The notes beneath the pieces were generated by a model. That model ran no database searches. It saw nothing but the letters and a program-made list of their open reading frames with translations, and was not told the DNA's origin. From Felis catus (lineage: Eukaryota), in assembly GCF_018350175.1 (NCBI RefSeq), contig NC_058373.1, positions 99,760,001 to 99,824,000 of the forward strand: 64,000 nt of DNA. The letters run 5' to 3'. Position numbers and translations under genes: made by a program. Each line of letters opens with the position of its first letter. Positions within the stretch are counted from its first letter, which is position 1. Positions 12,037-23,742 of this stretch are shown here, piece by piece.

Positions 12037-13719
12037 TACTTTTAAGTTTTTTAAAAAAACAGTACAGAAAAATTTAGATACAATATTATCACATCCATGA
12101 AAACAAAAAATGCGTAGAATAAAAAATGAAAGAAACACATCAAAATGTTAAGAGTGGTCATTTTCAAAGGATACACATTCATAGATGACTTTTTGCTTCC
12201 TTCTAATTTTTCCAAAATTTCTGTAATGAGTTGCCACGTTATACAAACAAGCTGAATAACTATAGCCTTATTCTTGTGTTATGTGTGGTTTTCTGCCCTG
12301 TAGTCGGTTTTGTCGTTGGAAGGCAACATTTCTCAGAAAAGAGAATTTTCATTACTATATTGGATTCTTTGTTCTCTATCAATCTTAGAAAAGAAATAAG
12401 AATCACAGGCAATCTACCTTCCTGACATTATTGGAGTGACTCATTTGATCGAACTCCTGGAGCTAATAAGCAGCTGTGATATTTCCCGTCTAAAGACAAG
12501 AGAACTGTTGTACTCCTACATCCGTTTGTAAAGCACTTTGTATTGACCCAGGTTTTGCAAAGACTTTATCAAATTGTTTCTCAAACAATCCTATGAGGTT
12601 GTAATAAGTCTCACCAAGCCTCGGATATACACACACCTAGGTGAATGTAAATGTTACAATTTGACATATTAACCTGTGAATTTTTTTGCCCAGTGCTTGG
12701 CTGATAAGTGAGCCCTTTGCCTAGTTTTAGCAGCAGCTAGGGTGTGCTATGCTAACTGCCTCAAAGAAAGAACAATGTAACAGAACACAATGTTTGGCTT
12801 AGGACTTTTGAAAGACTAGAGTAGAGGAGACCTAGGTAGAGGAGACCTAGGTCAGAGATGAGGAAGAGTAAAGTTGTCCTACTTCTTCCCCACCTGGGTC
12901 CACAAGCTGTGAAAGAGAGAAGGAGAAGTTCAAGAGAACAAGAGTTAGCTTAGATGTGAACACTGGAGTTTCCTAGATAATGTGGCCCTGCACCCCAGAT
13001 CCCAGAGAGGTTTGAGGTATCCGAGAGCACAGAAAACCCATGCATCTCTTGATAGGTAAATGGGGCAAGCCTTGCATGGTATGGAAAGTGTGTGAATATT
13101 TCCAGTGAGCGCAAAAGTAATGATAACATGGAAAGCAGGGTGACCAGAGGTGATTAGTCTTTAAGCTCACTCTTTCTTCTGCCAAATACAAGCTGCTGTT
13201 TCAGTTCTAGAATTTCCACTCCGTTTTTTTTTTTTTTATAGTTTCTATTTCTCCAGTAAGATTCTACCTGCCCACTTAATAGTTAGTTACCTTTAATTTT
13301 TTTTGAACCTATCTCAAAGTTGGTTTCTATTGACTGCGTTTTGAGGTTTTTTGTTTTTTTGTTTTTTTGGACCCTTTGGTTGACATTTTGTTTCCACCTT
13401 TGTAAGACAGGGACTTCCTGGTGATGACAGAATTGTGTTAAGGGATGACAAAAATCTAATGTCAAAGCAGTCACTTGAAGTAGGGCAGGGCACCGTCTTA
13501 TTAGAAATGGTGTGAAATGCGTGATTATTTCCAATCTTCAAATAAGGACAGTTGCAAAAATCCTTGTAAAAAATATAAGGATACATCTCCACTCTTCGCG
13601 ATCAGCCTCAAACAATTGGCAAGACCTTAACGGTAGAACTGGAAGATAATTTAAAACATTAGCATCTAACTCCCTTCTTTCTGCCAAGTAGAAAGAACAG
13701 TCTCCTCCAGTGATTTTTT

Positions 13720-14255
13720 CTAAAAATTTTTTCTAATGCAGCTTCCTTGCATTTCCTAATATAAAGGTAATACATATTTATAGAAAAATCAGTCAAAACA
13801 AACAGGCATAAAGAAAAAAGTACTGCCCTGAGAAATTACTACTAACATTTTGGTGAACATCCTTCTAGATGCTGCTCTATGCAAATGCTTATACATATCA
13901 TTTTATATGAATGAAATAATATACATGTTTTAACTCAATATGTGGTAAAGATCATTATCAAGAACTACAGATACATATCATCCTTTTCAGCAACTATATA
14001 ATCCATTGCATAGGTATATCAAAATTTATTAAACAAGTCCTCTATGGAAGTCCTCTAGATTCTTGCAATAACGAACATTCTTTCTGCTGTGCGTATATGG
14101 TAACTTTGTGTATTTGTCAGATTATGTCTCCTGAGGCAGTACATTTCTTTAACATTATTTCTGGGCTGAAGCATATTCAAAATTTGTGATAATTAACAGA
14201 CCATTCTCACCAAGAAGGCTGTAGCCACACTCACACTTCCACCAATAGTAAGCCC

Positions 14256-14321
<66 letters not shown>

Positions 14322-14400
14322 GGTCATACTGGATATGTGTAATCTTTTCAAATTTCACCAATATGTCAGGCAAAAAGTAACATCTAAATTGTGTTGGGTG
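13720..14400 (-). mobile_element. Old L1ME-like fragment containing a (CT)n tract at 14259-14320
   Basis: 'cacacttccaccaatagtaag...catttc', 'taacattttggtgaacatccttctaga' resemble reverse L1ME segments. Confidence 0.5.
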
Positions 14401-14679
14401 ATTTGCCAGGGAGCTCTAATGCAGTATTGAGGATGGGTATCTTGCCATGTACTCCTTTCTGGCCTTAAATGGACAATGTGTGCAATATGCAGGGGTCTGT
14501 AATGTAATTGAGGCGGTCTGGCTTCCATACGCCTAGCTTTGCACTAACTTTGTATGTCCTTGGGTAAGATCATCAACTTTTCTGTGCCTCAGTTTCTTCA
14601 AATGCAATGGGTGCAACTTGGAATGGGTGTTCTTGCCCTTCCTTTCAGGCTCCACAGAGGGGATAGTAGGGAATGCACT

Positions 14680-15550
14680 GTGCACAACAGTGGACAAGAG
14701 GCTGACTAACCCAATGCCACTCCCAGCCCGTTTTCCCCTGCCTGTCTCTACTCTGGAAGAAGCTGGAAATGCCCAATACCCTCGTCTCAGCTTCCTATGG
14801 AGCTAAGGAGTGGCCAATTTACCACGTTCTGGCTAAAGAGACACAAAGGGAAGTCTACCGAGGTGTTTCTAGAAAACTAGCTTTCATGATGAAAGAAACA
14901 GGCACAAGAGAGAGCTCACAGGAGCTGCCTCTTTCTCACCTTCCTCTTTCAATGCAGACTTCATGCCTGGACCCACGGGGCAGTGTGGTAACTTTATAGT
15001 GGGTCAACTCAGCTGAGCAGGATCTGTTCTCCAGAATTCTGCACGGTTTCAAGGTTAGCATTAGCCACAAGAGAAGTGCTGTATGTGATTGAGAGGGCAG
15101 CGGCGAAGCAGCAGCCATGGTTTTCATGCTCTGAAGGACAATGCAAGGGCTCCAGGCACAGTGGTGACTCTAGTACATTGTCACTCATCTGCTGGCTCAC
15201 CTTGCTGGTCGGGTGTCCTCCTTCAGTTTCTCCGTGTCCTAAGCCAAGTGCATGTGCAGCCCCATGAAGGATGCCAGCTTCTTCTGCAGTATGCCTGTTA
15301 TCAAGGTCAGAGGTAGTGAGGGACACACACAAATCCAGTCTGTCTTAGAGGATTCTAGTTTTTCATGAATTCCAGTTAGCCCCTGCAGGTTCCAAGCCTG
15401 TACTTGCTTTTATCCAGGTCTAGCTTTCTACCCTGACTGCCATTCTGTCTGACCTATGGTGATTTCACATTCAACACTAGAATCAAAGACCTCAAACAGC
15501 TTTGAACAGACTTCTCAATGAGCTCTCACAATCATGTAAGGTCCGATGCC
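14680..15550. mobile_element. Old ERVL-class LTR sequences (LTR33/LTR16-like, then LTR40/41-like)
   Basis: 'gagctaaggagtggccaatttaccacgttctggctaaagagac'; segment from ~14985 (gtcaactcagctgagc...ttagccacaagagaa...gaagcagcagccatg) is paralogous to 43597-43760. Confidence 0.5.
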
Positions 15551-15555
15551 TCATT

Positions 15556-15751
15556 CTCCAATAGAACTTCTGTGATGATGGAAATGTTTTGTATATGAGC
15601 TGCCCAACGATAGCCACTAGCCACATGCATGTGGCTATCAAGCACTTGAAGTGTACCTAGTGCAACCGAGAAACTACATTTTTACTCTCAGTTCATCTTA
15701 ATTCATTTACACTGCCACATGTGGCTAGTGGCTACTATGTTGAACAGCACA
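15556..15751. mobile_element. MER3-like hAT-Charlie DNA transposon
   Basis: 'tccaatagaacttctgtgatgatggaaatg...tagccactagccacatg...ccacatgtggctagtggctac...cagcacag' with internal inverted repeats. Confidence 0.8.
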
Positions 15752-16889
15752 GATCTGGTGCCTAACAATAAATCTGTCGTTCTTCATCACTTATAGTGGT
15801 TCTTTTTCTCTGGTTGAATCCTGACTGGTGACTACATGGGGAAAGAACATGTAGACTGAAAGCTGGTATGCTAGGAATAAAGGGCTGGAGAACAGAAGGA
15901 GGTGGGTCCTGAGAAGCCCACCTACCTGTGACTGCTGAACTCCTTATTTGAGAAAAATAGACTCCCTGTGAACTTGTCCTTTGGGAGCCCCATCTCCATT
16001 CCAATTCCCAGACCAAGTATCAAGGTGAGCTAACATATTCATGGCGAGTAAGATGTGTTCTTCAACAGGTAATTTTTTCTTTCTTCCACCCTAATGACTT
16101 TTTCCCCTTGCCTGTTCCCTATGCAGATCCTTCCACCTCCCAGTCTTCCTCCCGTCCCCAAGTGACTATGACCTTCCTCACAGAATAGAATTACCCCCTT
16201 TCGACCATCAAACTGGATTTTTTGTTGTTGTTTTAAACACCAGCCCATTTTCAGGAGTCTGCAACTGTGACACGTTTGTCAGCCCTAGTTTCTAAAACTG
16301 GCCATTTAGTAATACACTTTACCAGGAATGGGTCTTTCCAAATGTGCTCTGCACAGTTAACATGAAAAGATTAATCCTGAGCAGAATTTTCTCTCAGGGC
16401 CGATCTTGAGTGGAGAGCCGCCGTGGGGTGCTTTCCAGCTGTGTTCACAAACACAATTCCACACATCAGGAACATTTCTTTCTCTTTTTTCTTTTCATTC
16501 TTGCTTGCTTGCTGTAACGAGTGGTTAGCCGTTCTGGTGTTGACACAGGAAAAGGCGAAATGCTGGCAACCGAATCAAAGCCGACAATGCAACAGGCAGC
16601 TCAGCGGCGCGCCTGGTTCGGTTCCTCACACCCACCAGGCGTACTTTCAACTTCCTCCCAATTTTGGTCCCGGCCCCTTGGCTTATCTTCCTGAGAATGT
16701 TAAAAGAAAAGAAAAAAGAAAAAGAACACTGATCTTACTGCAAGCTGTCTTTAGTGTCTGTTGTTCCCTTCTTATGCACACGGCCGGGACTGGCCCTCCA
16801 AACTTCTCCATTGTCTGGTGAGTCACTCTTGCTTTCCCGTTTTCGCCTTCCGTGAATTCTGCGCACACCCCACAAGTGCCCCGCTCTCG

Positions 16890-18250
16890 CTCCCAGCCTG
16901 GGCTCAACACTTCCTAGCCGAGGTCGGCGGCCGTGCGGCTTCCAGCACCCACTGCCCAGGGTTGGGGTGGAAGCGGGGCCACAGCGCAGCTCCAGCCCAG
17001 CGCCCGCGGGGCCAGGCCGGGCCGGCGTTCGGGGTCGGGGCCGTCTCCTCCCCTCTCCCCGCTGAGGACCTCGCAGTGAACTCGCAGTGCCCCCACGGGG
17101 TGGGACGCGCGCGTCCCACCTCTGGGGCGGCTTGCGGGCGCTAGCCCTGGGGACGGTGACTCCGCTTCTGAGTCCGTCCCCAGGCGGGTGCGGAGTGGTG
17201 GCGACCGCCCCCTGGGCGCGGGGCCGCGGCCGAGAGGAGCGCGGATCGGCAGAGGAGCCCTGAGCGCCGCCCGGATGCTGCAGCCTAGTGGCCTCTCCCG
17301 GAGCGACGCGAGCCCTGGGGCCGAGCCTGCCCTGGGCGCGCTGGGGGCCGGAAGGGGGCTCTGGACTAGGATCCCTCCCCCTTTCCCTCTGCGTGCCGGA
17401 GCGCTTTCAGACCCTCCTCCTCCCAGGTACGAGCCGGGAGAGGAGGGCGCCTCTCTCCTGCCGGCGCTCCACCATGGGCAATATCTCCAATGACTCCTGG
17501 CCCGAGGACTGCGGGTCCCGGCAGTGGCTCCCCTCCGGCGAAAGCCCGGCCATCAGCTCGGTGATGTTCTCGGCCGGGGTGCTGGGGAACCTCATCGCTC
17601 TGGCGCTGCTGGCGCGCCGCTGGCGGGGCGACGCGGGACGCAGCGCGGGACGCGGGAACTCGGTCTCCTTGTTCCACGTGCTGGTGACAGAGCTGGTGTT
17701 CACCGACCTGCTTGGGACCTGCCTCATCAGCCCGGTGGTGCTGGCTTCCTACGCTCGGAACCAGACCCTGGTGGCGCTGGCGCCTGAGAGCCGTGCGTGC
17801 ACCTACTTCGCCTTCGCCATGACCTTCTTCAGCCTGGCCACGATGCTCATGCTCTTCGCCATGGCCCTGGAGCGCTACCTGTCCATCGGGCACCCCTACT
17901 TCTACCAGCGTCGTGTCACGCGCCGCAGCGGCCTGGCAGTGCTGCCCACCATCTACGCCGTCTCCCTACTCTTTTGCTCGCTGCCGTTGCTGAACTACGG
18001 GCAGTACGTCCAGTACTGCCCCGGGACGTGGTGCTTCATCGAGCACGGCCAGACTACGTACCTGCAGTTGTATGCCACCCTGCTGCTCCTCCTCATCGTC
18101 GCGGTGCTCGCCTGCAACTTCAGCGTCATCCTCAACCTCATCCGCATGCACCGTCGGAGCAGGAGAAGCCGCTGCGGGCCCTCCTTGGGCAGCTGCCGGG
18201 ACGCCCCTGGGGCCCGCAGGAGAGGGGAAAGGCTGTCCATGGCGGAGGAG
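16890..18250. promoter_or_regulatory. PTGER2: CpG island / GC-rich promoter and exon 1 of PTGER2
   Basis: Sharp rise in GC and CpG density against a CpG-poor background; GC-box-like ggggcgg at ~17124; no obvious TATA box. Confidence 0.9.
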
Positions 18251-18316
18251 ACAGACCACCTCATTCTCCTGGCTATTATGACCATCACCTTTGCTGTGTG
18301 CTCCTTGCCTTTCACA
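17474..18316 (+). CDS. PTGER2: Prostaglandin E2 receptor EP2 subtype, coding exon 1 (aa 1-281; N-terminus to TM6)
   Basis: Kozak ccaccATGg; MGNISNDS..WLPSGESPAISSVMFSAGVLGNLIAL, ERY motif, prostanoid ECL2 motif QYCPGTWCF, AEETDHLILLAIMTITFAVCSLPFT; donor ACA|GTAAGT at 18316/18317. Confidence 0.98.
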
Positions 18317-19404
18317 GTAAGTTAAGCCACTTGGTTTCCATAGTCCGGCTCTGGGCAGCCTTCTGACTCACTTTTGCAACTTGTAAGAATAGGTCCTGGG
18401 GAGGCCTAGAGCCTTCTCCCTCTGGCTTCTCACCTTTACCCCACTTCCCTGCTCCCCTAACCCGCTGACTCTATGCTAGTGTTTCTTACACCTAGTACAG
18501 TCCCCTGAAAGGGAGCCTTGACCCTCCACTAAGCCAGCCCAGACCACTGTCAGAGGGTTAAAAGCCACCCCCCACCCCCATCCCAGCCTCTGCTAGCCTG
18601 GCTCAGTGCCTGTGGAGGAGGCAGCCCCCTCCACCTTTGGATGGGTATCAGTTACAACCTGACTTCCCTGAGCTTCAGGTCACCTTCCTGTACCCCCTAC
18701 CCATGGGTCTGTGTTCTCTGTGCTTTGACTTCTGTTTCTCCCAACACACAATGTGGTGGCCAACCCACAGCATTCCAGCTGCCATTGAGAAGGGTCCCTG
18801 TTGATAAAGTCAGAGCATTCATTACTTGTCATAAAAGTTCAGCAAACAGTTCACAAGTTTCCCCGTTTACCTATTGGGGATGTAACTCTTTGTGGCCATG
18901 AAAAAACGTGGACCTCATAATATGTCCATAATGCTAATTAAAGGCAAAGTTGGTTGCTTGGAGAAACCCCTCGCTAAGCTTTTGCAATTCCTCTAAAGAA
19001 GGCATTTGTACCCTCTTACAAAGTATTCTTTTCATATCACTATCAGAAATATCTACAGGGGTTCTTCAGTTTAGAGTCATACGCTTTATGAGCACAAAGC
19101 CACACAGGAATGGCCGGTCCATCTCAAGGTTGGGAGAGTTAGGCATGTACAGCATGTGCCATGACCCAGCAGGCCAGAGGCTGCCTGGGGAACTGAAGAT
19201 GGGTGCCTAGGTTCGGGGATGGGTGCTGGCCTGGTTTGGTGCAGGCTTAGCAGTCAGCTCTATAATGCTGTGAGTTTGAGTCTCCTCTGGTGGAACAGGT
19301 AGCAGAGCCCGGAATGTGTCTGAGCAGGCACTGGCCTCATACTGGAAGCTGGGGACTGGGAGTTTCGCAGCGCCACTTCCCAGTCTTCAAAAGAACAAGG
19401 CTGA

Positions 19405-19588
19405 GGGGCGCCTGGGTGGCTCAGTTGGTTAAGGCCCCGACTTCATCTCAGGTCATGATCTCATGGTTTGTGGGTTCGAGCCCCACATCAGTCTCTGTGC
19501 TGACATCTCAGAGCCTGCTTCAGATTCTGTGTCTCCCTCTCTCTCTGCCCCTTCTCCGCTTGTGCTCTATGTCTCTCTCCCTCTCTCT

Positions 19589-19641
<53 letters not shown>

Positions 19642-19750
19642 CACACACATATATATATACAAATATATATACAAATATATATATATATGTGTGTGTATAT
19701 TATATATATATATTTTGTTTGTTTGTTTGTTTGTTTTGTTTTGTTTAAAA
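19405..19750 (+). mobile_element. CAN-SINE with expanded (TA)n/(TTTG)n tail
   Basis: Head ggggcgcctgggtggctcag; TSD aaaagaacaagg(c/t)tga at 19389-19404 and 19751-19766. Confidence 0.92.
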
Positions 19751-21179
19751 AAAAGAACAAGGTTGACCCTGAAGGATGTAAGCAGTTGGCCATAACTCCC
19801 TCCTGGCACCGTCTTGGAGAAAAGAAGAGATGGATAGTGCCTACCAATATCAGGTCTGACCTGTAGAAGCTAGAGAAGTGACTTTATCTTACTTCCCGCC
19901 TCCATCACTGCTTTTGATTACTTGCATATACTCATCCTCCAGGGTGGAAAAGGACACCTTGCCCCCTAAATTAACTTGGATTCATAGCTATGTTCTCTTC
20001 TCTCTGGTCCCCATTGTCCTCACACTTCTACCCCCCATTCTCTGTTGGGGCAGAAGCTGGTCTGAATCAATAAGTTACACAAAGGTGCCCTCTTCTGAAA
20101 TGAAGTAGGACCACGAGAGGCCACATCTTCCATTCCACCCTGAACCAGGGAGTTTGTGCAACAGAAAGGCTGTGATATAGAAACTGACATGACTTCTATG
20201 TGTTTCTTTTGTTTTACTAGTAGAAATGTTTGGTGGCATAATAGGAATTAAATCACCTTTTTGGGGGGGGGGGGTGGTCAGGACTAATATGCAGAACATG
20301 TGTCTTTGAGAGAAAGAATGTCTAGTTCCACTAAGCAACTTAGAATACAACTCAGAGGCCATTAACCCTTTCTGATGTGGGTAGTGTTGGTCTTGGCCTG
20401 GTGCAAATTGGGAGGTCAGTTCTTGGAGTTTCCTCTGTGATCTTTGAGTGCATATATATAAAAATACCCCTTCCCCAGCCAATTAAATACCTTGGGAATG
20501 GGCTCAGAGAGGACCACAGGCTTGTGAAAAGGATTGTTATTCCCTAAGCCCTTTAGAGGAAGACAGCAGGAGGAAAAAGTCTCTCTTCTGATCATGACTA
20601 ATCCACTGCATACATACAATATAAAAGATAAAGGCAGTGATTTTCAACAGGTTCCCATTTTCAAATAAATTTGCCTTTTATCATGAGATCTCGGTTATTG
20701 CTGTATGTTGATTTTCAAGCCCTCTGTGTATACATACACATATTCATATGAAAATTTATTTTCCCCCTTTATTTACTATTAAGCCAGAGACTGCTCCAGA
20801 GTTGCCAGATGCAAGGGGCTTAGAGCCTAGAAGTTTGGTTAGAAGGAGTGGGGAGTAGGAGATTCACTTTGAAGCTGTGTTTTTATTTAGATCGCCTGTT
20901 TATGGGTTGGGGACACCAGATGAGGATTATGAGGGCACTTTATGATAGTGGCTTTGATACTATCAGCAAATATTATCCAGGTCTGCTTCTGCATGTATGC
21001 ATGGCAAAGATTCCCAAAGAACAGGGAAAAAGCCTAGAGTGAACATAATCAGAAAGTCAGACACTGATTCTCACCTTGGGGCTAACATGACAAGTTATGC
21101 AGATGAAGTGTAGGTAACTCACTAGGCCCCAAACAGGTATTTGAACTGTACCTTAAATGGGAAGTATCAAGTCATCTTT

Positions 21180-21392
21180 TTTTTTTTCTTCTAATTTTAT
21201 TTTATTTTTGAGAGAAAGAGAGAAACTGGGGGAGGAGCAGAGGGAGAGGAATGGGAGAGAATCTCAAGCAGGAGCCATGCTCAGCATGGAACCTGACTCA
21301 GAGCTCGATCCCACGACCTGAGATCATGACCTGAGTGAGCCAAGCCCAAGTCAAGAGTTGGTGCTCAACCGATTGAGCCACCCAGGTGCCCC
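21180..21392 (-). mobile_element. CAN-SINE, antisense to PTGER2
   Basis: Reverse SINE; TSD tcaag(t/c)catcttt. Confidence 0.9.
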
Positions 21393-21804
21393 TCAAGCCA
21401 TCTTTGAATAAGGAAATTTACATTGACCGCTCACTAATTTGCTTTGTCAATAGATTATTGGTGCTTGTTAGAATCTTTCATTTACATAGCACTTGAAACC
21501 TTATGAAATGCTGCAGTATCCTGATTTAAGTTATTTCATGGAGAGCTTATCTGATGATTTAAAAATCACAGCTACTGTTTGGTGCATACATTCTGTTATT
21601 TCAGAATGCTTGCCATGGGCCCTGGGGGGCACCTTCTGCTCATGTCCTTTTTGTCTACTTGGCCCACACGAAAATTGTGGTCAGAAATGGCCTACACCAA
21701 TCTCCCATACAAGGCAGTAATCATTTCCACGCACCCTAACCGGGACAAGGCAAAGACCTGTGATTGCGTTCAGAAGTTCTCCTGTTCCTCTAACAGAACA
21801 CATG

Positions 21805-21975
21805 CAGTCCAATAGAAATACACTTGTGCCACATATGGAATTTGTAATGTTCTATTAGCCAAATAACAAAAAGTAAAGAGAAATGGTAAAAATTCATCAA
21901 TTTTATTTAACCCCAAATATCCAAAATATTATCACTTCAAAATGTAACCAATGTAAAGTGATTATGAATGAGCTA
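21805..21975. mobile_element. MER33-like hAT DNA transposon fragment
   Basis: 'gtccaatagaaatac...gccacatatggaattt...ttttatttaaccccaaatatccaaaatattatcacttcaaaatgtaacca'. Confidence 0.7.
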
Positions 21976-22394
21976 TCTCAACTAATTGTCTTCCTTGTGT
22001 CCCCAGAAAGTACTAGCAATCTACTCTACCTCTACTCCTTCCTCGGGATAACAGAGCTGCTTTCTGTGTCCCTCAAAAGTGGGCCACACCACTCCACTGG
22101 CCCAGTAAAGAGGAGATTTGACAGCTGTGTATCCAGTGGGGCACCAGCCTCTTCCAGCATGCCTGGAGGGAGGGAAGGAGGGAGGGGAGTGGGGAATTTA
22201 GGAAACCTGGAACTATTTATGTCAGCCATTGTCCCAAGGTGTAGGAAGGTTAGAATTACTGCTTGCTCCAAGAACATGAGTCTAGGACTTCCAAAGGTTG
22301 GAAGTGGAACTAGCAAAATGTAAAATGCCCAGCACCTTATAATGAAGTCAAGCTCCACCCTCAAATATCATTATTATCAACATCAAAATGGCTA

Positions 22395-22590
22395 ACCTTT
22401 TGAGTGCTAATTTTTACATACCTAACTTATTATCTTCACAACAACCTATAAAATAGATAGTATTATTGTTCCCATTTTACAGATGAGGCAAATACCTTAC
22501 CCTGGGTCCGACAGCTAGTGAGTGTTGGAACTGGGGTTCACAGCCGGGCAGTTGAAGCACAGAGCCTGTCCTCTTAGCCACAGTACTAGC
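22395..22590 (-). mobile_element. MIR SINE
   Basis: Core 'attattgttcccattttacagatgaggcaa...acagctagtgagtg'. Confidence 0.75.
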
Positions 22591-23742
22591 AGAGAGAAAG
22601 TACTCATTTCAGGGGTTGCATATGAGAAGATTCATCCAACTTTTCACAAAAGAATGGTAAGGATGTTATAAATATCTGGACCGCTTTGTCTCAATTCCAA
22701 CTTGTTCACTTTAAAAATAAAATGGCAAAGACCTTTTTCTGCATGCCAGATCAAGGAGCTGGGGCCAAGTGTGCGGTTTCTTTTTTCTTCTCCACAGTCC
22801 TATGAATTAAAAGGCTGAGACGGAGATTTAAGGAGACTGGCTAATATAAATGTTGGTCTAAATTAAGAAATAATCAGATTACCCCTCACATAAAATCTTC
22901 TGTTGGTACACATAAAACATTTCTTACGTGATAAAAAAACAAAACAGAACAAAAAATGGTATTTTCAGGAAATGACATTATTTTGGCTGTCCAATATGAA
23001 ATCATGCATGGGACCAACAACATATTCCAAACTGTTTATGTACTAACGGGATAGTGTATAAATTAATGAATTCCTCCTTATGTTGATCAGCTGTTGTCAT
23101 CATTTCACAGAGATAAATAGAAACTTTCTTCCTGAAATGGAACAGAACACAGAAAATATATCAGACCTCCAATCTTGCCTCAGATAATGTTTGTATTTTA
23201 ATTTCCAACCCACATCAAGCCACTCAGTCCCTACATTCCCAATAGCTGTGGATAACTGCTGGTCATTTTAAACTGCTTTCCACTTGCCATTAGAAGATAT
23301 TATTCAGTTCTGAAGTTTCAAAAGTGAACCGTTGGCTCATTCTAAAATAATGTCTTCATCTTTAGAAATTCTTTAGGGCTATAATTTCTAGGCAGTCTGA
23401 TTAGTGGAAATATGGTCTTCAAAATACAGAGCAAACTCAAGTAAACAGTACTGGAGTTTTCTGTTCATTCCTGGAACTCTTTATGTAAAATGTAACATGA
23501 ATGGGGGTTGTAAAACATATGAAATTTTTCAATTACGTATGTGCAAAATATCACAATGCTAGTAAGGATGAAAGAATCTCAGAACTCTCCATGCATAACC
23601 ACAATGAATTTGTTTGGTAATATTTTAAGTTCTATCCATGAATGGCTGGAAATCCCTTTATCATTTATGCATCGCCAACGATGTGTTTGGGGATTAGTGA
23701 AACCATTTTAAGACATGTGACCTTTTAAGAGAATGTTCCTTT

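Noticed and set aside
17288..18325. 345-aa ORF as a single-exon gene starting at GTG 17288
   Set aside because: The recognisable EP2 protein starts at the Kozak ATG 17474, and the ORF runs through the splice donor at 18316; TM7 is in exon 2
16761..18366. Many overlapping ORFs on both strands (e.g. 175 aa -, 189 aa +)
   Set aside because: Expected by-product of high GC (few stop codons) in a CpG island and of shadowing the real CDS; no recognisable domains
19463..19847. YI-repeat ORFs
   Set aside because: Translation of the (TA)n tract
21883..22364. 146-aa and 110-aa ORFs in the intron
   Set aside because: The + ORF starts within a MER33-like element; no recognisable homology or exon signals in either
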